A DNA stretch of 64,000 nt from an uncultured Actinomycetes bacterium (GCA_963799955.1 CAWCZJ010000009.1:37325-101324); one strand, 5' to 3'. Shown: positions 20,145 through 31,689, counted from the first letter of the stretch. The notes: generated from the letters alone by a model not told the origin. Numbers and translations: made by a program.

Positions 20145-20246
20145 GCTAGGATCGGGGCGTCGCGACTGGCGCATAGATGGTGGATCAACCACCGGGGAGC
20201 GATCGACGCGGACGCCGTGCGCCTGGGTGTCCACCGAGGAGACACC
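20145..20246 (+). promoter_or_regulatory. ZTP (pfl-motif) riboswitch with an RBS-sequestering helix, 5' leader of glyA
   Basis: GGGGCGUCGCGACUGGCG...GGUGGAUCAACCACCGGGGAGC...linker...GCGCCUGGGUG matches the conserved pfl/ZTP cores (GACUGGCG, ACCACCGGGGAGC, CGCCUGGG). Downstream, ggtgtc-caccgagga-gacacc can occlude the GAGGAG RBS just before the ATG at 20247. Confidence 0.8.
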
Positions 20247-21520
20247 ATGCCCGATCATCTTGCTGCGCTGATCGCGACCGACCCTGAGGTCGCCGCACTG
20301 GTGCGCGCCGAAGAGACACTCCAGTCCGAGAAGGTCCGGCTGATCGCCTCGGAGAACTACGTCTCACAGGCGGTACTCGAAGCGACCGGCTCCGTACTCA
20401 CCAACAAGTACTCCGAGGGCTACCCGGGCAAGCGCTACTACGAGGGCCAGCAGGTCATCGATCAGGTCGAGACGCTCGCGATCAATCGCGCCAAAGCCGT
20501 GTTCGGCGTCGACCACGCCAACGTGCAGCCGTATTCGGGCTCCCCTGCCAACCTCGCGGTCTACCTCGCTCTTGCCAACGCCGGCGACACCGTCATGGGC
20601 ATGGCACTGCCGATGGGCGGACACCTCACGCACGGCTGGTCGGTCTCCGCAACGGGCATCTGGTTTCATGCGGTGCAGTACGGCGTCGGTCGCGAGAGCG
20701 GACGCGTCGACATGGACGAGGTGCGCGAGATCGCGCTTCGCGAGCGGCCGAAAATCATCTTCTGCGGCGGTACTGCAATCCCGCGCACGATCGATTTCCC
20801 AGCGTTCGCTGAGATCGCTCGCGAAGTCGACGCGGTGCTGGTCGCCGACATCGCGCACATCGCCGGACTCATCGCCGGCGGTGCGCATCCGTCGCCCGTC
20901 GGGTCCGCGGGTGTCATCTCGACGACGACGCACAAGACGTTGCGCGGCCCTCGCGGCGCGATGTTGATGTGCGACGAGCAATATGCCAAGGCCATCGACA
21001 AGGCCGTTTTCCCTGGCCTGCAAGGCGGTCCGCACAACCACACGACAGCTGCGATCGCGGTTGCATTGCATGAGGCGCAGCAACCGTCGTTTCGTGACTA
21101 CGCCGCGGCGATCGTCACCAACGCGCAAGCACTCGCGGAAGAGCTGTCGTCGCGCGGCTACGACTTGGTGTCGGGCGGCACCGACAACCACCTCATCCTG
21201 ATCGATCTGACACCCCAAGGCGTTGCGGGCAAGCCGGTCGCCAAGGCCCTCGACCGTGCCGGTCTCGTCGTCAACTACAACACCGTGCCCTACGACCCCC
21301 GCAAGCCTTTCGACCCGTCAGGCATTCGGATCGGGACGCCGGCAGTGACCAGTCGCGGCATGGGTGTCAGCGAGATGCGCCAGATCGGGGCATGGTTCGA
21401 CGAGGTATCGAGGCGGTGGCGAAGAACGACGAGGACACCGTGAACGCCACGACCGATCGCGTCGAGGCCGAGGTGCGCGAGTTGACCGCCGACTTCCCCG
21501 CGCCCGGCCTCCCGGTCTAG
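20247..21520 (+). CDS. glyA: Serine hydroxymethyltransferase; frame break near 21405
   Basis: LIASENYVSQAVLEA...YSEGYPGKRYYEG...STTTHKTLRGPRG. After IGAWFDEV the sense continues in another frame as IEAVAKNDEDTVNATTDRVEAEVRELTADFPAPGLPV*, with the stop at 21518-21520. Confidence 0.9.
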
Positions 21521-21652
21521 CGGCTGGGTCCGTTCCGTTGTCCAGCGCTGGTCCGCAAGAACGCGCGCTGGACTTCAACGCTTCGCCGGACAAGCACAAC
21601 CAGTTGCGCTCGGTGGGCGTCTCATAGGCGACCGCGAATCTTGAGGAGACCT

Positions 21653-23050
21653 GTGCCCACGTCATCCCGTAGTTTCTTGCGAGCCGCAGCGCTCGTCGCG
21701 CTCGGCCGTGTTGGCGGCAGCGTGCAACTCGAGCTCCAAGCACGCGAGCACATCGACATCGGCACCCGCTGTCTCACCGTCCGCTACAAGCACACCAATA
21801 GCAGGGACGTCGAGCAGTGCCGCGCCAGCGTCGACTCCCCCTGCGTCACCAGCAATCTCTAGTGCTCCGCCCGCTCCTGCATCGAGTGCGGCAGCCAGCA
21901 CGGCGCCGGCAGCGCCGGCACGTGTCGTGGTCGAGCTCGCCCGCTCACACCGAACCGGCACCGGCGACGTCGGCACGATCGACACGGATCAACTGTCGGT
22001 CGTCGGGCCGCCGAACGGCGCAGCCATCGCGGCTGCACTGCAAGCTCCCGTCACGGCCGCGCTCAGCTACTACACGAACAACGTGGCGTCACAAGAGCCA
22101 TGTAAAGGGCCCGGCGTGCGGGAGCGGCGATTTCCAGGCTGACTTCACGACGAGTCGCGCTGACTCCGTCGTGGTGTCGGGGACTTGGACGATCTCGACG
22201 TTCTTCCCCGGTGCGGCCCATCCGACGACGCAACTTACTGCGGTGATCGTCGACACAACGTCGGGCGCGGCCATCGCGCCATCTCAATTGTTCGTCGGCT
22301 CGTCCCTCAAGACGCTCGCAGCTGCAACGGCAACCGCGACGACGGCGAAACTCAATGCGATCGGCTGCACTGACGAGTTCAGCGATGGCGTCGCACCAAC
22401 GGCCGACAACTATGTCGGCACCGCCGTCGGGCGATCGGGGTTGCTGATCGGCCTGTCACAAGGACAGGTCGCAGCGGAGGCATGCGGCACGATCGATCTC
22501 GCAATTCCGTGGACGGCTGTGCAATCGCACCTCAGCAGCATCGGCGCTCGGCTGGCCGCGACGCCGCTGCCCGTGAGTGTGGCCGTCCGTCACCAGTGCC
22601 TCGCCGACTGCGTCCGCCAGCGCACCGCGTTGTGCAACGACAGCGCTGGACGTTGCGCTCGGGGACATCAAGCAGACCGTCAACACGCAGTACCAAGTTC
22701 CGATCGTCTTCACGAACGTGTCGACGCAACCGTGCTCGTTGCTCGGCTTTCCCGGCACCGAGTTCGGCGCTGCCGGCGCGCTGCCGGTGCGATCTGGTCC
22801 GCACACCCGCGAAGCCGGTTCGGGTCAGCCTCGTTCCCGGAGGCCAAGCACACGCCGTCCTCACGTTTCTGACTGGTCCTGATCCGACGCTGTGACGCAG
22901 GCGGCCCTTGGATCCCGTCGACACTTACCGTCACGCCGCCCGACGACACGACCTCGGTGCAGATCCCATGGCCGGGCAGCAGCGTCGACGATTGCCAGAC
23001 CGGCGCGACCCACCCCGGCAGCTATCATCGGCCCGGTCGTCGCCGGCTAG
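21653..23050 (+). pseudogene. Lipoprotein with DUF3298/RsiV-like and DUF4232-like regions, about 6 frame breaks
   Basis: A GTG at 21653 follows gaggag. The lipobox LAAAC appears once ORFs 21641.. and 21708.. are joined. DFQADFTT...VVVSGTWTISTFFPGAAHPTT is in ORF 21817... CATTALDVALGDIK...VFTNVSTQPCSLLGFPG is in ORF 22577... The tail is spread over two further frames, and the end is uncertain (23050 or 23073). Confidence 0.6.
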
Positions 23051-23274
23051 CGCTGTGCGCGAATCCGGCCTAAGCCGGGCGCGCGATCGGCACACTGTCT
23101 TAGGTGAAGATTGTCCTGCGCGTGCGCTGGCCATTCAGGCATCGTGCATGATCGGTTGCGCTGCACGCGTTCGCGGTAGCTTGCTGTTTACTTCCCGGAA
23201 GCCCGGCGCATGGCCAGTTCTTGGCCTACGTAGCGGTCTGTGGCGCGCGCTAGCTCGCCGGTGCTACTCGTCGG

Positions 23275-23667
23275 ATGAAGGTCACGATTAACGACGAAGG
23301 CCTGACGCTCTCAGGCGGGCTACACCGGCGGCTTGTTCTGCCATGGTCGGAGATCGTCGGCGTCGAGACGACGTCACCTCGGGCCCTTCAGCACTTGACA
23401 GCTTCTGTTGCGCAAGCCAGTTCGCGCGGCATTCGTCAGCAGCTCGATGGACTCCGCCTGAAGTCACGTGGCGACCGACAAGCAGCAAGCGGCTTTCATC
23501 GGGCTATACGACAGGAATTGGCGCGAACGGTCCGATCGGTAGCAGGCGATGACGACGCACGGCGTTCTCGCTCGAGATCAGATCACGACATCGCGCCAGA
23601 TCGCAGCCGTGAACTCGTTCGCCGCTCCGACGCTACTGTCAGGTCGGCCAGGGCACGAAGACCGTGA
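23275..23667 (+). CDS. Hypothetical small protein (possible PH-like N-terminus)
   Basis: Only the first ~35 codons (MKVTINDEGLTLSGGLHRRLVLPWSEIVGVET) look protein-like. The remainder is Arg-rich and overlaps the 3' end of cdsA. Confidence 0.25.
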   Translation: MKVTINDEGLTLSGGLHRRLVLPWSEIVGVETTSPRALQHLTASVAQASSRGIRQQLDGLRLKSRGDRQAASGFHRAIRQELARTVRSVAGDDDARRSRSRSDHDIAPDRSRELVRRSDATVRSARARRP

Positions 23668-24493
23668 GCAGTGCCCACGCCACGGGCGCCGCCAACAGCA
23701 CGGAGTCGAAGCGGTCCATGACGCCGCCGTGACCCGGCAGCAGGTTGCCCATGTCCTTGATGCCGAGATCGCGCTTGATGAGCGACTCACTGAGATCGCC
23801 GATGGTCGCGGTCACGACGATGGCGAGACCGAACACGACGCCTTGCCACCAGGTCGCATGCAGCGTCAGCGGAAACAGCAGCCCGCCGCAGAGCGCACAC
23901 GCCACTGCCGAGCCGCCGAACCCTTCCCACGACTTCTTCGGGCTCACGCTGGGCGCCATCGGGTGCTTGCCGAGAAACACTCCGACCGCGTAGCCGCCGG
24001 TGTCACTGCAGACGACTGTTGCGACGAAGGCGGCGACGCGGCGCGGACCATCGCCCGGCACGACCATCAGCACCACGAATCCGCCGAGCAGAGCCACGTA
24101 GCTCGCGACGAACACGCTGGCCGCGATACCAGCGAGCTTGTCGATGCCATCGGTCACCGCCCCCAAGGCGACCGCAGCGACAACGAGCAAAAGGCTGGCG
24201 ACCACAAGCTTCTCGGTGCCACCGTTGTAGGTCGCCACCAACACGGCCGCCGCACCGACCGCGAGCGGGATCGCTGGCACTGCCACTGCTCGACCGCGCA
24301 ACGCCCTGCTCAGCTCGAAGACGGCGGCCACGATGATCACGACGGTGAAGACGACGAATATCCACTTCACGATGAACAGCGACGCCGCCGCGACGCCGCC
24401 GAGCAACACACCCATCGTGATCGCCGCGCGCAGATTACGGCCAGCCTTCGGGCCCGGCACAGCGGGCGGATCGTCGACCAGCGCGGGGTTCAC
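23639..24493 (-). CDS. cdsA: Phosphatidate cytidylyltransferase
   Basis: 284-aa polytopic ORF. The C-terminal signature SESLIKRDLGIKDMGNLLPGHGGVMDRFDS is present. Confidence 0.9.
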   Translation of the reverse strand: MNPALVDDPPAVPGPKAGRNLRAAITMGVLLGGVAAASLFIVKWIFVVFTVVIIVAAVFELSRALRGRAVAVPAIPLAVGAAAVLVATYNGGTEKLVVASLLLVVAAVALGAVTDGIDKLAGIAASVFVASYVALLGGFVVLMVVPGDGPRRVAAFVATVVCSDTGGYAVGVFLGKHPMAPSVSPKKSWEGFGGSAVACALCGGLLFPLTLHATWWQGVVFGLAIVVTATIGDLSESLIKRDLGIKDMGNLLPGHGGVMDRFDSVLLAAPVAWALLTVFVPWPT

Positions 24494-24494
24494 A

Positions 24495-25052
24495 TCAGAC
24501 CTCGAGTAGTTCGACTTCCTTGTGCCGAAGCACTTCGTCGATCGCTGCGACGTAGCGATGCGTCAGGTCGTCGAGTTCCTTCTCGGCGCGATGGACGTCG
24601 TCCTCTCCGGCCTCGCCGCCCTTCTCAAGCTTGTCGAGCGCTTCCTTCGCGTGGCGGCGAATGTTGCGGATCGAGACCCTCGCGTCCTCGGCCTCGGTGC
24701 GCGCAAGCTTGATGTAGTCGCGTCGACGTTCCTCGGTCAGCTGCGGGACGCTGACGCGGATCACGTTGCCGTCATCCGTCGGATTGACGCCGAGGTCGGA
24801 GTCGCGGATCGCTTTCTCGATCGCGCGCAGTGCGCTCTTGTCATACGGGCTGATGACAATCATGCGAGCGTCGGCGACGGTGAAGCCGGCGAGCTGGTTC
24901 AGCGGCGTGATCGTCCCGTAGTACTCGACGACGACACGCGCGAACATGCCCGGATGCGCGCGGCCGGTCCGGATCGCCGCGAAGCTGTCCTTCGCGACGC
25001 TTACGGCCTTGTCCATCTTCTCTTCGGCTTCGAAGAGGGTGTCGTCGATCAC
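24495..25052 (-). CDS. frr: Ribosome recycling factor
   Basis: A GTG at 25052 is preceded by [25 protein letters not shown]...[10 protein letters not shown]...ISPYDK...[11 protein letters not shown]. Confidence 0.95.
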   Translation of the reverse strand: MIDDTLFEAEEKMDKAVSVAKDSFAAIRTGRAHPGMFARVVVEYYGTITPLNQLAGFTVADARMIVISPYDKSALRAIEKAIRDSDLGVNPTDDGNVIRVSVPQLTEERRRDYIKLARTEAEDARVSIRNIRRHAKEALDKLEKGGEAGEDDVHRAEKELDDLTHRYVAAIDEVLRHKEVELLEV

Positions 25053-25104
25053 GGGAGCTCCTTGCTCAAAGACACGTCTGTTCAAAGACAATGCCGGACG
25101 CCGA

Positions 25105-25887
25105 TCAGCGGGCGCCGGCACTCACCATCGTCCCGATCTTCTCACCGTGCACGGCCCTGCGGATGTTGCCGTCCTCAAGCAGGTTGAACACCAGGATCGG
25201 CATCGCGTTGTCGCGACACAGGCTGATGGCCGTCGCGTCAGCGAACTTCAGGTCGCGCGCCAAGACCTCGTCGTAGTCCAACGTGTCGAACCTGACGGCG
25301 TCCGGGTTGGTCTTCGGGTCGCTGTCGTAGACGCCGTCGACGCTCTTCGCCATCAGCACCACCTGGGCGCCAATCTCCAGCGCACGTTGCGCCGCCGTCG
25401 TGTCGGTCGAGAAGAACGGCGCACCAAGGCCCGCGCCGAAGATGACGACGCGACCCTTCTGCAGGTGCCGGATCGCTCGGCGCGGGATGTAGGGCTCGGC
25501 GACCTGCCCCATCGTGATGGCGGTCTGCACGCGGGTCTCGACGTGCTGCTTCTCCAGGAAGTCTTGCAGGGCCAGGCAGTTCATGACCGTGCCGAGCATG
25601 CCCATGTAGTCGGAGCGAGCGCGGTCCATGCCGCGCACCGACAGTTCGGCGCCACGGAAGAAGTTGCCGCCGCCGATGACGACGGCAACCTGGACGCCTT
25701 CGGCGACCACAACGCCGATCTGCTGCGCGATCGACAGGACGACGTCGGGATCGACGCCGAGCGAGCCGTCGCCAGCGAACGCCTCACCGGACAACTTGAG
25801 CACGACCCGTTGGTAACCCTGATACGGCTGGGTGCCGTCGCCGCGCGCCACCACTCCGCCGAACTCGACCTCGTCAGGATTGGTCAA
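25105..25887 (-). CDS. pyrH: UMP kinase
   Basis: [10 protein letters not shown]...[11 protein letters not shown]...[13 protein letters not shown]...[24 protein letters not shown]. The ORF start is a TTG, so the exact start is uncertain. Confidence 0.9.
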   Translation of the reverse strand: MTNPDEVEFGGVVARGDGTQPYQGYQRVVLKLSGEAFAGDGSLGVDPDVVLSIAQQIGVVVAEGVQVAVVIGGGNFFRGAELSVRGMDRARSDYMGMLGTVMNCLALQDFLEKQHVETRVQTAITMGQVAEPYIPRRAIRHLQKGRVVIFGAGLGAPFFSTDTTAAQRALEIGAQVVLMAKSVDGVYDSDPKTNPDAVRFDTLDYDEVLARDLKFADATAISLCRDNAMPILVFNLLEDGNIRRAVHGEKIGTMVSAGAR

Positions 25888-25993
25888 CTCAGAGCCCCTC
25901 GTCTGCAGTTAGCCGGCATCGATGGAGGATTTCGCCACCATCGATCGCCCGCGTGGGTCGACGTCCGTCCTGCGTATTGCTGGGCAGTCTGCC

Positions 25994-26827
25994 TCAGGAT
26001 TGCCCGACGCGAAACCTCACGAACCGGACCGCCTGAACGCCCGCCTCGTCGAGAACCTGCTTGACCGACTTCTTGCTGTCCTTGGCAAACGCCTGCTCGA
26101 TCAGCACGGCGTCCTTGTAGAAGCCGCTCACCCGACCCTCGACGATCTTGGGCAGCGCAGCCTCGGGCTTGCCCTCTTCGCGAGCGGTCGCCTCGGCGAT
26201 GCGACGCTCGTTCTCGACGACGTCCGCCGGGATGTCGTCGCGGTGCAGGTAGGACGGCGAGAAGGCCGCGATGTGCTGAGCGACGTCCTTGCCGACCTCG
26301 GGGTGCTCGCTGTCGAGCTCAATCAGGACGCCGAGTTGTGGCGGCAGGTCGGGGCTCGTCTTGTGCAGGTAGCTCACGACGTGACCGCCGCCAGTGAACT
26401 TCGCCACCCGGCCGAGCTCGATCTTCTCGCCCAGCGCTGCGCTGTTCTCGTCGATCAGCTCGCTGACCTTGCGGCCGTCGACCACGACGTCGAGCAGGCT
26501 CGCCGGGTCGGTGGCGTCGGAGTCGACGAACGCCTTCACCAGGGCGGCGCCGAGCTGCTGGAACCGGTCACCCTTCGCGACGAAGTCCGTCTCGCACTTG
26601 AGCTCGATGATCACGCCCGAGTTGCCGCTCGCCTGCGCCGCGATGAGTCCGTTCTGGGTCGTGCGCTCGGCCCGCTTGCCGACGTCCTTCGCACCCTTGA
26701 TGCGCAGCAGCTCGACGGCCTTGTCGAAGTCGCCGTCGGTCTCGTCGAGAGCCTTCTTGCAGTCCATCATGCCGGCGGCGGTGAGCTCACGAAGCCGCTT
26801 GACGTCGGCCGTGGTGTAGTTCGCCAT
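25994..26827 (-). CDS. tsf: Translation elongation factor Ts
   Basis: [27 protein letters not shown]...; 277 aa and intact. Confidence 0.95.
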   Translation of the reverse strand: MANYTTADVKRLRELTAAGMMDCKKALDETDGDFDKAVELLRIKGAKDVGKRAERTTQNGLIAAQASGNSGVIIELKCETDFVAKGDRFQQLGAALVKAFVDSDATDPASLLDVVVDGRKVSELIDENSAALGEKIELGRVAKFTGGGHVVSYLHKTSPDLPPQLGVLIELDSEHPEVGKDVAQHIAAFSPSYLHRDDIPADVVENERRIAEATAREEGKPEAALPKIVEGRVSGFYKDAVLIEQAFAKDSKKSVKQVLDEAGVQAVRFVRFRVGQS

Positions 26828-26877
26828 GATCGCTTTAACGTCCTTCAGGTCGGTGTATCGCTAGTGGTGGTTCGGTC

Positions 26878-27792
26878 TCAGGCGTCGGCCGCAGGTCGGC
26901 AGCCGTCGTCGGCGGCAGGCGGCTTCAGTCGCAGCCTCGGCCGGCCGCGGGAGCCTCTGACCTCGGCTGCCGCCTCTGCAGCAGCGTCAGCGGCTGCCGT
27001 ATTCCGGACGAGCAGCTCGCGCTCCCAGTCGGCAAGCGGTTCGCCGCCACCGAGTTCGCTGCCAGCGTCGACGTCCGGCTTCGCGTCGCCCACCCGAGCA
27101 GCGACCCGAGCCATCAAGCCCTCGGCGACCGCGTCGGCCACCACCCTGGTCAGCAATGCGACCGAGCGGATCGCGTCGTCGTTACCGGGGATCTTGTAGT
27201 CGACCTCGTCGGGGTCACAGTTGGTGTCGAGGATCGCCACGACCGGGATGCCCAGCTTGCGGGCCTCGCCGACGGCGATGTGCTCCTTCTTGGTGTCGAC
27301 GATCCAGACCGCGCTCGGAACACGCGACATCTCGCGGATGCCGCCGAGAGTCTTGAGCAGCTTGTCCTTCTCGCGCTGCAGGACGAGCGCCTCTTTCTTG
27401 GTGCGCTGCCCGTAGCTCGCGCCGCCCTGCTCGAGGATCTCGAGTTCCTTGAGCCGCTGCAGACGCTTGAAGACGGTCTGGAAGTTGGTCAGCATGCCGC
27501 CGAGCCAGCGCTGGTTGACGTAGGGCATGCCCACGCGGGTGGCCTGCTCGGCCACGGCCTCTTGCGCCTGCTTCTTGGTGCCGACGAACAACACCGAACC
27601 GCCGTGCGCCACGGTGTCCTTGACGAACTCGTAGGCGCGGTCGATGTAGGTCAGCGACTGCTGCAGGTCGATGATGTAGATGCCATTGCGCTCGGTGAAG
27701 ATGAATCGCTTCATCTTCGGGTTCCAGCGCCGGGTCTGATGCCCGAAATGGACGCCGCTCGCAAGCAGCTCTTTCATGGTGACGACGGCCAT
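26878..27792 (-). CDS. rpsB: 30S ribosomal protein S2
   Basis: An internal ATG at 27792 starts [27 protein letters not shown]... The frame of the last ~30 codons of the Ala-rich tail is uncertain. Confidence 0.95.
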   Translation of the reverse strand: MAVVTMKELLASGVHFGHQTRRWNPKMKRFIFTERNGIYIIDLQQSLTYIDRAYEFVKDTVAHGGSVLFVGTKKQAQEAVAEQATRVGMPYVNQRWLGGMLTNFQTVFKRLQRLKELEILEQGGASYGQRTKKEALVLQREKDKLLKTLGGIREMSRVPSAVWIVDTKKEHIAVGEARKLGIPVVAILDTNCDPDEVDYKIPGNDDAIRSVALLTRVVADAVAEGLMARVAARVGDAKPDVDAGSELGGGEPLADWERELLVRNTAAADAAAEAAAEVRGSRGRPRLRLKPPAADDGCRPAADA

Positions 27793-28140
27793 GGCCGCGC
27801 ACTCCTTCTGGCACCCCACATCGCGCGTTCGCCGATGTCGCCGGGCGCCGATCCTCGGTTCTTCGCGGACGCCGGTCGGCGGCCACGCCTGACGCCCTGG
27901 TCGCCGTGACACCTCGACCTATGGCCGAAGGCACCGAGTGGCGGCCGGCCCTGCACACCTGTGAAGGCGTCGGGCCGGTGGTTAGGACGTGCGATGTAAG
28001 TCAGGCGAGCCCGACCTCGGTGATCAGTCTACGCGAGCGTCGCGGAGCGTGACCAATCACCGCTGTCCACAGGCTGCGCCGGCATGCACCGGCTGTCGCG
28101 GCGAGCTCCGGTGGGCCCGCCCGTCGAGCAGGCTCGGGGC

Positions 28141-28657
28141 ATGAGACTGCGGATCGTTTCCCTGATGATCGCCCTGGGTGGCTCGCTTGCCGGCGTCGGT
28201 TCTGGCGTGACGGCAGCCACCCAAACGGCCGGAGCCGACGCTCAGCTGCACCCGCCGCTGCCTGCACCGCTGGCCGTCACGCGCTCGTTCGCGCCGCCAC
28301 CTCATCCTTGGGCTGCTGGCAATCGCGGTGTCGACCTGGCTGCCCATGCCGGTGAGAGGGTGTCGGCCGCGACGGCCGGTCTCGTCGTCTACGCCGGGTT
28401 GCTCGCGGGTCGCGGCGTGATCTCGATCCGCGACGGCAGCCTGCGCACCACCTACGAGCCGGTCGACCCCGTCGTCCACCCCGGCGACGCCGTGGTCGCC
28501 GGGCAACTCATCGGGTACGTGTCCGCTGCGGCCGACTCGTGCGGGTCACCCGGGACTTGCCTGCACTGGGGCGCGCTGCGAATCCGACGAGTACATCGAT
28601 CCGATGGGGTTGCTCCGCGCGCCGCGCGTGCGGCTGCTGCCGATCTGGAGCGGCTAG
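28141..28657 (+). CDS. M23-family metallopeptidase (secreted); frame break near 28575
   Basis: ATG at 28141 with signal peptide [22 protein letters not shown]. Motifs: HRGVDL-like NRGVDLAA and GTCLHWGAL. The expected end [24 protein letters not shown] lies in another frame. The rest of ORF 28084..29463 is antisense to whiG. Confidence 0.75.
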
Positions 28658-29502
28658 GCGGATTGCTCGGCGAGCTTGGCGCGCAGCTGGAGAACAGCCT
28701 TCGTGTGCATCTGACAGATGCGACTCTCGGTGACGCCGAGCACCTGGCCGATCTCGGCGAGCGTGAGCCCCTCGTAGTAGTACAGCGTGACGACGATCTT
28801 CTCGCGCTCGGGCAACGTGTTGATCGCGCGCGAGAGCAGGTACTTGGTCTCCTCGGTCTCGAAGACCTCGACCGGGTCTTCGGCCCGGGTGTCTTCGAGG
28901 GTGTCGACGAGGGAGAGCTTGTCGCCGCGCTCGCCGCCCACGTTCAGCAACTCGTCGAGCGCGATCACGTTGACGAACGAGACCTGGCTGAAGATCGTGT
29001 GCAGCTCGTCGAGGCTGATGCCGAGCTCGCCGGCGACCTCAGACTCGGTCGGGGTGCGGTGCAGCTTCGCCTCGAGTGCCGCGTAGGCCTTCTCGACCTC
29101 GCGCGCCTTGTAGCGAACCGACCGCGGGATCCAGTCGATCGCGCGCAACTCGTCGATGATCGCGCCCTTGATGCGGCTGATCGCGTAGGTCTCGAACTTG
29201 ATCGCCCGCTCGAGGTCGAACTTCTCGATCGCGTCGATAAGCCCGAAGATGCCGTAGGAGACGAGGTCGGCCTGCTCGATGTTGGGCGGCAACCCAACGC
29301 CAACCCGGCCGGCGACGTACTTGACCAGCGGCGAGTAGTGCAAGATCAGGCGCTCACGAAGCCGGCTCTCTCCGCTCGCTTTGAACTCCACCCACAATTC
29401 GCGCAGCGCCGCCTCGGCGTTCTGCTTGGCAACGGCGGGGTCTTCCTCGGGTGGGGCGGCTAGCACGCCCGAGCGCTCAGGCTCTGGGGTGCGCGCGGTC
29501 AT
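28654..29502 (-). CDS. whiG: RNA polymerase sigma factor, WhiG/FliA (sigma-28) family
   Basis: [16 protein letters not shown] (region 2), [33 protein letters not shown] and [25 protein letters not shown] (region 4). The start may instead be GTG 29466, which would avoid overlap with xerC. Confidence 0.85.
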   Translation of the reverse strand: MTARTPEPERSGVLAAPPEEDPAVAKQNAEAALRELWVEFKASGESRLRERLILHYSPLVKYVAGRVGVGLPPNIEQADLVSYGIFGLIDAIEKFDLERAIKFETYAISRIKGAIIDELRAIDWIPRSVRYKAREVEKAYAALEAKLHRTPTESEVAGELGISLDELHTIFSQVSFVNVIALDELLNVGGERGDKLSLVDTLEDTRAEDPVEVFETEETKYLLSRAINTLPEREKIVVTLYYYEGLTLAEIGQVLGVTESRICQMHTKAVLQLRAKLAEQSA

Positions 29503-30474
29503 AAGTAGCCCTCAGTCGCTCGACGGAAACGTGTGTATAAACCTGTGTTGTTGCGAGCGTAGCGTGACCAAGTATCTCCTGAACGGTTCTTAGGTCAGCG
29601 CCACCCTCAAGAAGATGGGTTGCCGCACTGTGTCGAAGACCGTGCGGCCCGATGTCTGGGGCGTCCGGAACCAGCGCGATCCGAGCATGCACCATGCGAC
29701 GAACGGCGCGCTGGTCGAGGCGACGGCCACGGGCGCCAAGGAACAGAGCCGGCCCACTGTCGGCGGTCGCCAGCGACGGTCGGCCGGCTCGGTGCCACCG
29801 TTCAACAGCCTTCACCGCCGGGACGCCGAGGGGGACGGTCCGCTGCTTGTTGCCCTTGCCGAGCACCCGGACGACGTGGCGGGCCTGATCGATGTCGTCG
29901 ATATCGAGTCCCACCAGCTCACCCACCCGGATACCCGTGGCGTAGAGAAGTTCGAGGACCGCATCGTCACGCAATTGCTCGGGGTTAACCTCGCCGGGCG
30001 ACGTGCATCAAGCGCGGGCTCGAGCAAGGCGACGGCTTGGGCTTGAGAAAGGACACCGGGCAGCAGCCGCTGAGCCTTCGGTGTGGCCAAGATCAAGCCG
30101 GGATCAGGCGTCAGCCAGCCGCGTCGAGCGCAGAACGCGGTGAAAACTCGGGCGGACGCCGCGTGCCTGGCGATGGTCGTTCTCGCCTTGCCGGTGGTGG
30201 TCAGCTTGGCCAGCCAGCTGCGCAAGACACCGATGTCGAGATCGCCGACGCGCGATCTGCCCATCCGGTCCGCATGGTCTAGCAAACTCCCAATGTCGCC
30301 GGTGTATGCCCGGATCGTGTGTTCGGAGAGTCCGCGCTCCAGCCGGAGGTGCTGCACGAAGGCAGCAAGAACAACCGGGGCGTCAGGCGCGTCGGACGGT
30401 TGGAGCACCTCGAGCGTCGATTCGACCTGGACGGTAAGCGTGGCAGATTCGTCGACCCCCAGCTGCGCACCCAT
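29477..30474 (-). CDS. xerC: Tyrosine recombinase XerC; frame break near 30000
   Basis: The N-terminal SAM-like domain ([22 protein letters not shown]) is in ORF 29812..30474. The catalytic domain ([14 protein letters not shown]...[39 protein letters not shown]) is in ORF 29477..29974. Confidence 0.85.
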
Positions 30475-30567
30475 CCCTGCACCGTCGCCGGGTCACGCCG
30501 CAGGGTCAAGCACCGACCACCGGACGCGCCGAAGGTAGTCGCTCAGCCACCGCGCCGAAGATGTTGG

Positions 30568-31689
30568 TCAGCCGTCGCGCCGCAGGCGCCACCCGGCATC
30601 GACGCGTTCGACGAAACCGCGGGCGGCCAAGCCGCCGAGGCATCGCAGGACTTGCTGTGGGGCGATACCCGCTGTCACCGCGATGCTCGCCGGGCCGACC
30701 GCCCGGCGGACCGGCACCGACTCGAGCACCCGCCTCGACACGTCATCGAGGTCGTCGCGCGGGTCGAGCGGCATCATCAGCTGCGGAGCGAGGTCCGAGC
30801 CCATCAATCCCACCAGGTCGATGACGTCGGCGACGCTCGTGACGCACATGACGTCGGGCTCGCGCAGCAACTGGTTGGTGCCCGTCGACATCGTCGAGGT
30901 GATCGGCCCGGGCACCGCCATGATGTGCCGGTCGAGTTCGCGAGCTCTGTTCGCGGTACTCAGGGCGCCGCTGCGAATCGCCGCTTCGACGACGACTGTC
31001 CCCAGCGTCAATGCAGCGATCACGCGGTTGCGCACCAGGAACCGATAACGCATCGGTGCGCACCCCGGTGGCCACTCGCTAACGACCAGTCCGGTCTGCG
31101 AGATGCGGTCGATCAGCGCGGCGTGCCCGCGCGGATAGGCCACGTCCACGCCGCACGCGAGTACCGCCACAGTCGATCCGTTGCCTGCAAGCGCGCCTCG
31201 GTGTGCGGCGCCGTCGATACCGAAGGCACCGCCGGAGACCACCGTCCAGTTCCGCTCAGCGAGGCCGATGCCGAACTCGCTCGCCACGTAATCGCCGTAC
31301 GCGGTCGACGCCCGGGCTCCGACGACGGCGACTGACCGCTCGCACGCAACCCGAAGATCGAGCGGCCCACGGACCCACAAGCCGAGCGGCACGCTGGCGT
31401 CGCGACGACCCAGTCGCACCAGGTCATTGACCTGATCGGGCCACTCCTCGTCGCCGGGGATGACAAAGCGCGCGCCAACACGTTCGCCCGCGGCCAGATC
31501 TCGGTCGGGACGTGCGACGTCGAGACGAGCCCGCAGATTGACCAGGCCTTGGTGGGCCAAGGTGCCAGCCCGCAGCCTTCGGACGGTCTCGATTGCGCCG
31601 AGGTCGTCGATGGCCCTCGCCAACGCGACATCACCGGGCTCACCGATACGACCGAGGAGCAGCCGAGCGACCCGATCATCGTCACTCAT
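30568..31689 (-). CDS. dprA: DNA-processing protein DprA
   Basis: VAVVGARASTAYGDYVA...VVSGGAFGIDGAAHRGAL...VLACGVDVAYPRGH...SGALSTA; 373 aa and intact. Confidence 0.9.
   Translation of the reverse strand: MSDDDRVARLLLGRIGEPGDVALARAIDDLGAIETVRRLRAGTLAHQGLVNLRARLDVARPDRDLAAGERVGARFVIPGDEEWPDQVNDLVRLGRRDASVPLGLWVRGPLDLRVACERSVAVVGARASTAYGDYVASEFGIGLAERNWTVVSGGAFGIDGAAHRGALAGNGSTVAVLACGVDVAYPRGHAALIDRISQTGLVVSEWPPGCAPMRYRFLVRNRVIAALTLGTVVVEAAIRSGALSTANRARELDRHIMAVPGPITSTMSTGTNQLLREPDVMCVTSVADVIDLVGLMGSDLAPQLMMPLDPRDDLDDVSRRVLESVPVRRAVGPASIAVTAGIAPQQVLRCLGGLAARGFVERVDAGWRLRRDG

Noticed and set aside
26878-26990. A possible frame error in the C-terminal tail of rpsB (...[31 protein letters not shown])
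   Set aside because: Alternative frames give Ala/Glu-rich text that looks more like typical actinobacterial S2 tails. This region is low-complexity and poorly conserved, so no frame can be preferred from sequence alone.
27793-28140. A cyclic-di-AMP (ydaO-type) or other riboswitch in the long leader between rpsB and the M23 peptidase gene
   Set aside because: Cell-wall hydrolase genes in actinobacteria often carry ydaO riboswitches. None of the conserved ydaO core elements was recognisable by eye in this region.
28084-29463. A 459-aa ORF on the plus strand
   Set aside because: Only the first ~170 codons are protein-like (signal peptide plus M23 peptidase). The remainder is the mirror image of the well-supported whiG gene on the opposite strand and has the Arg/Leu/Asp-rich look of an antisense shadow ORF. 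The real peptidase C-terminus is in another frame and ends at 28657.
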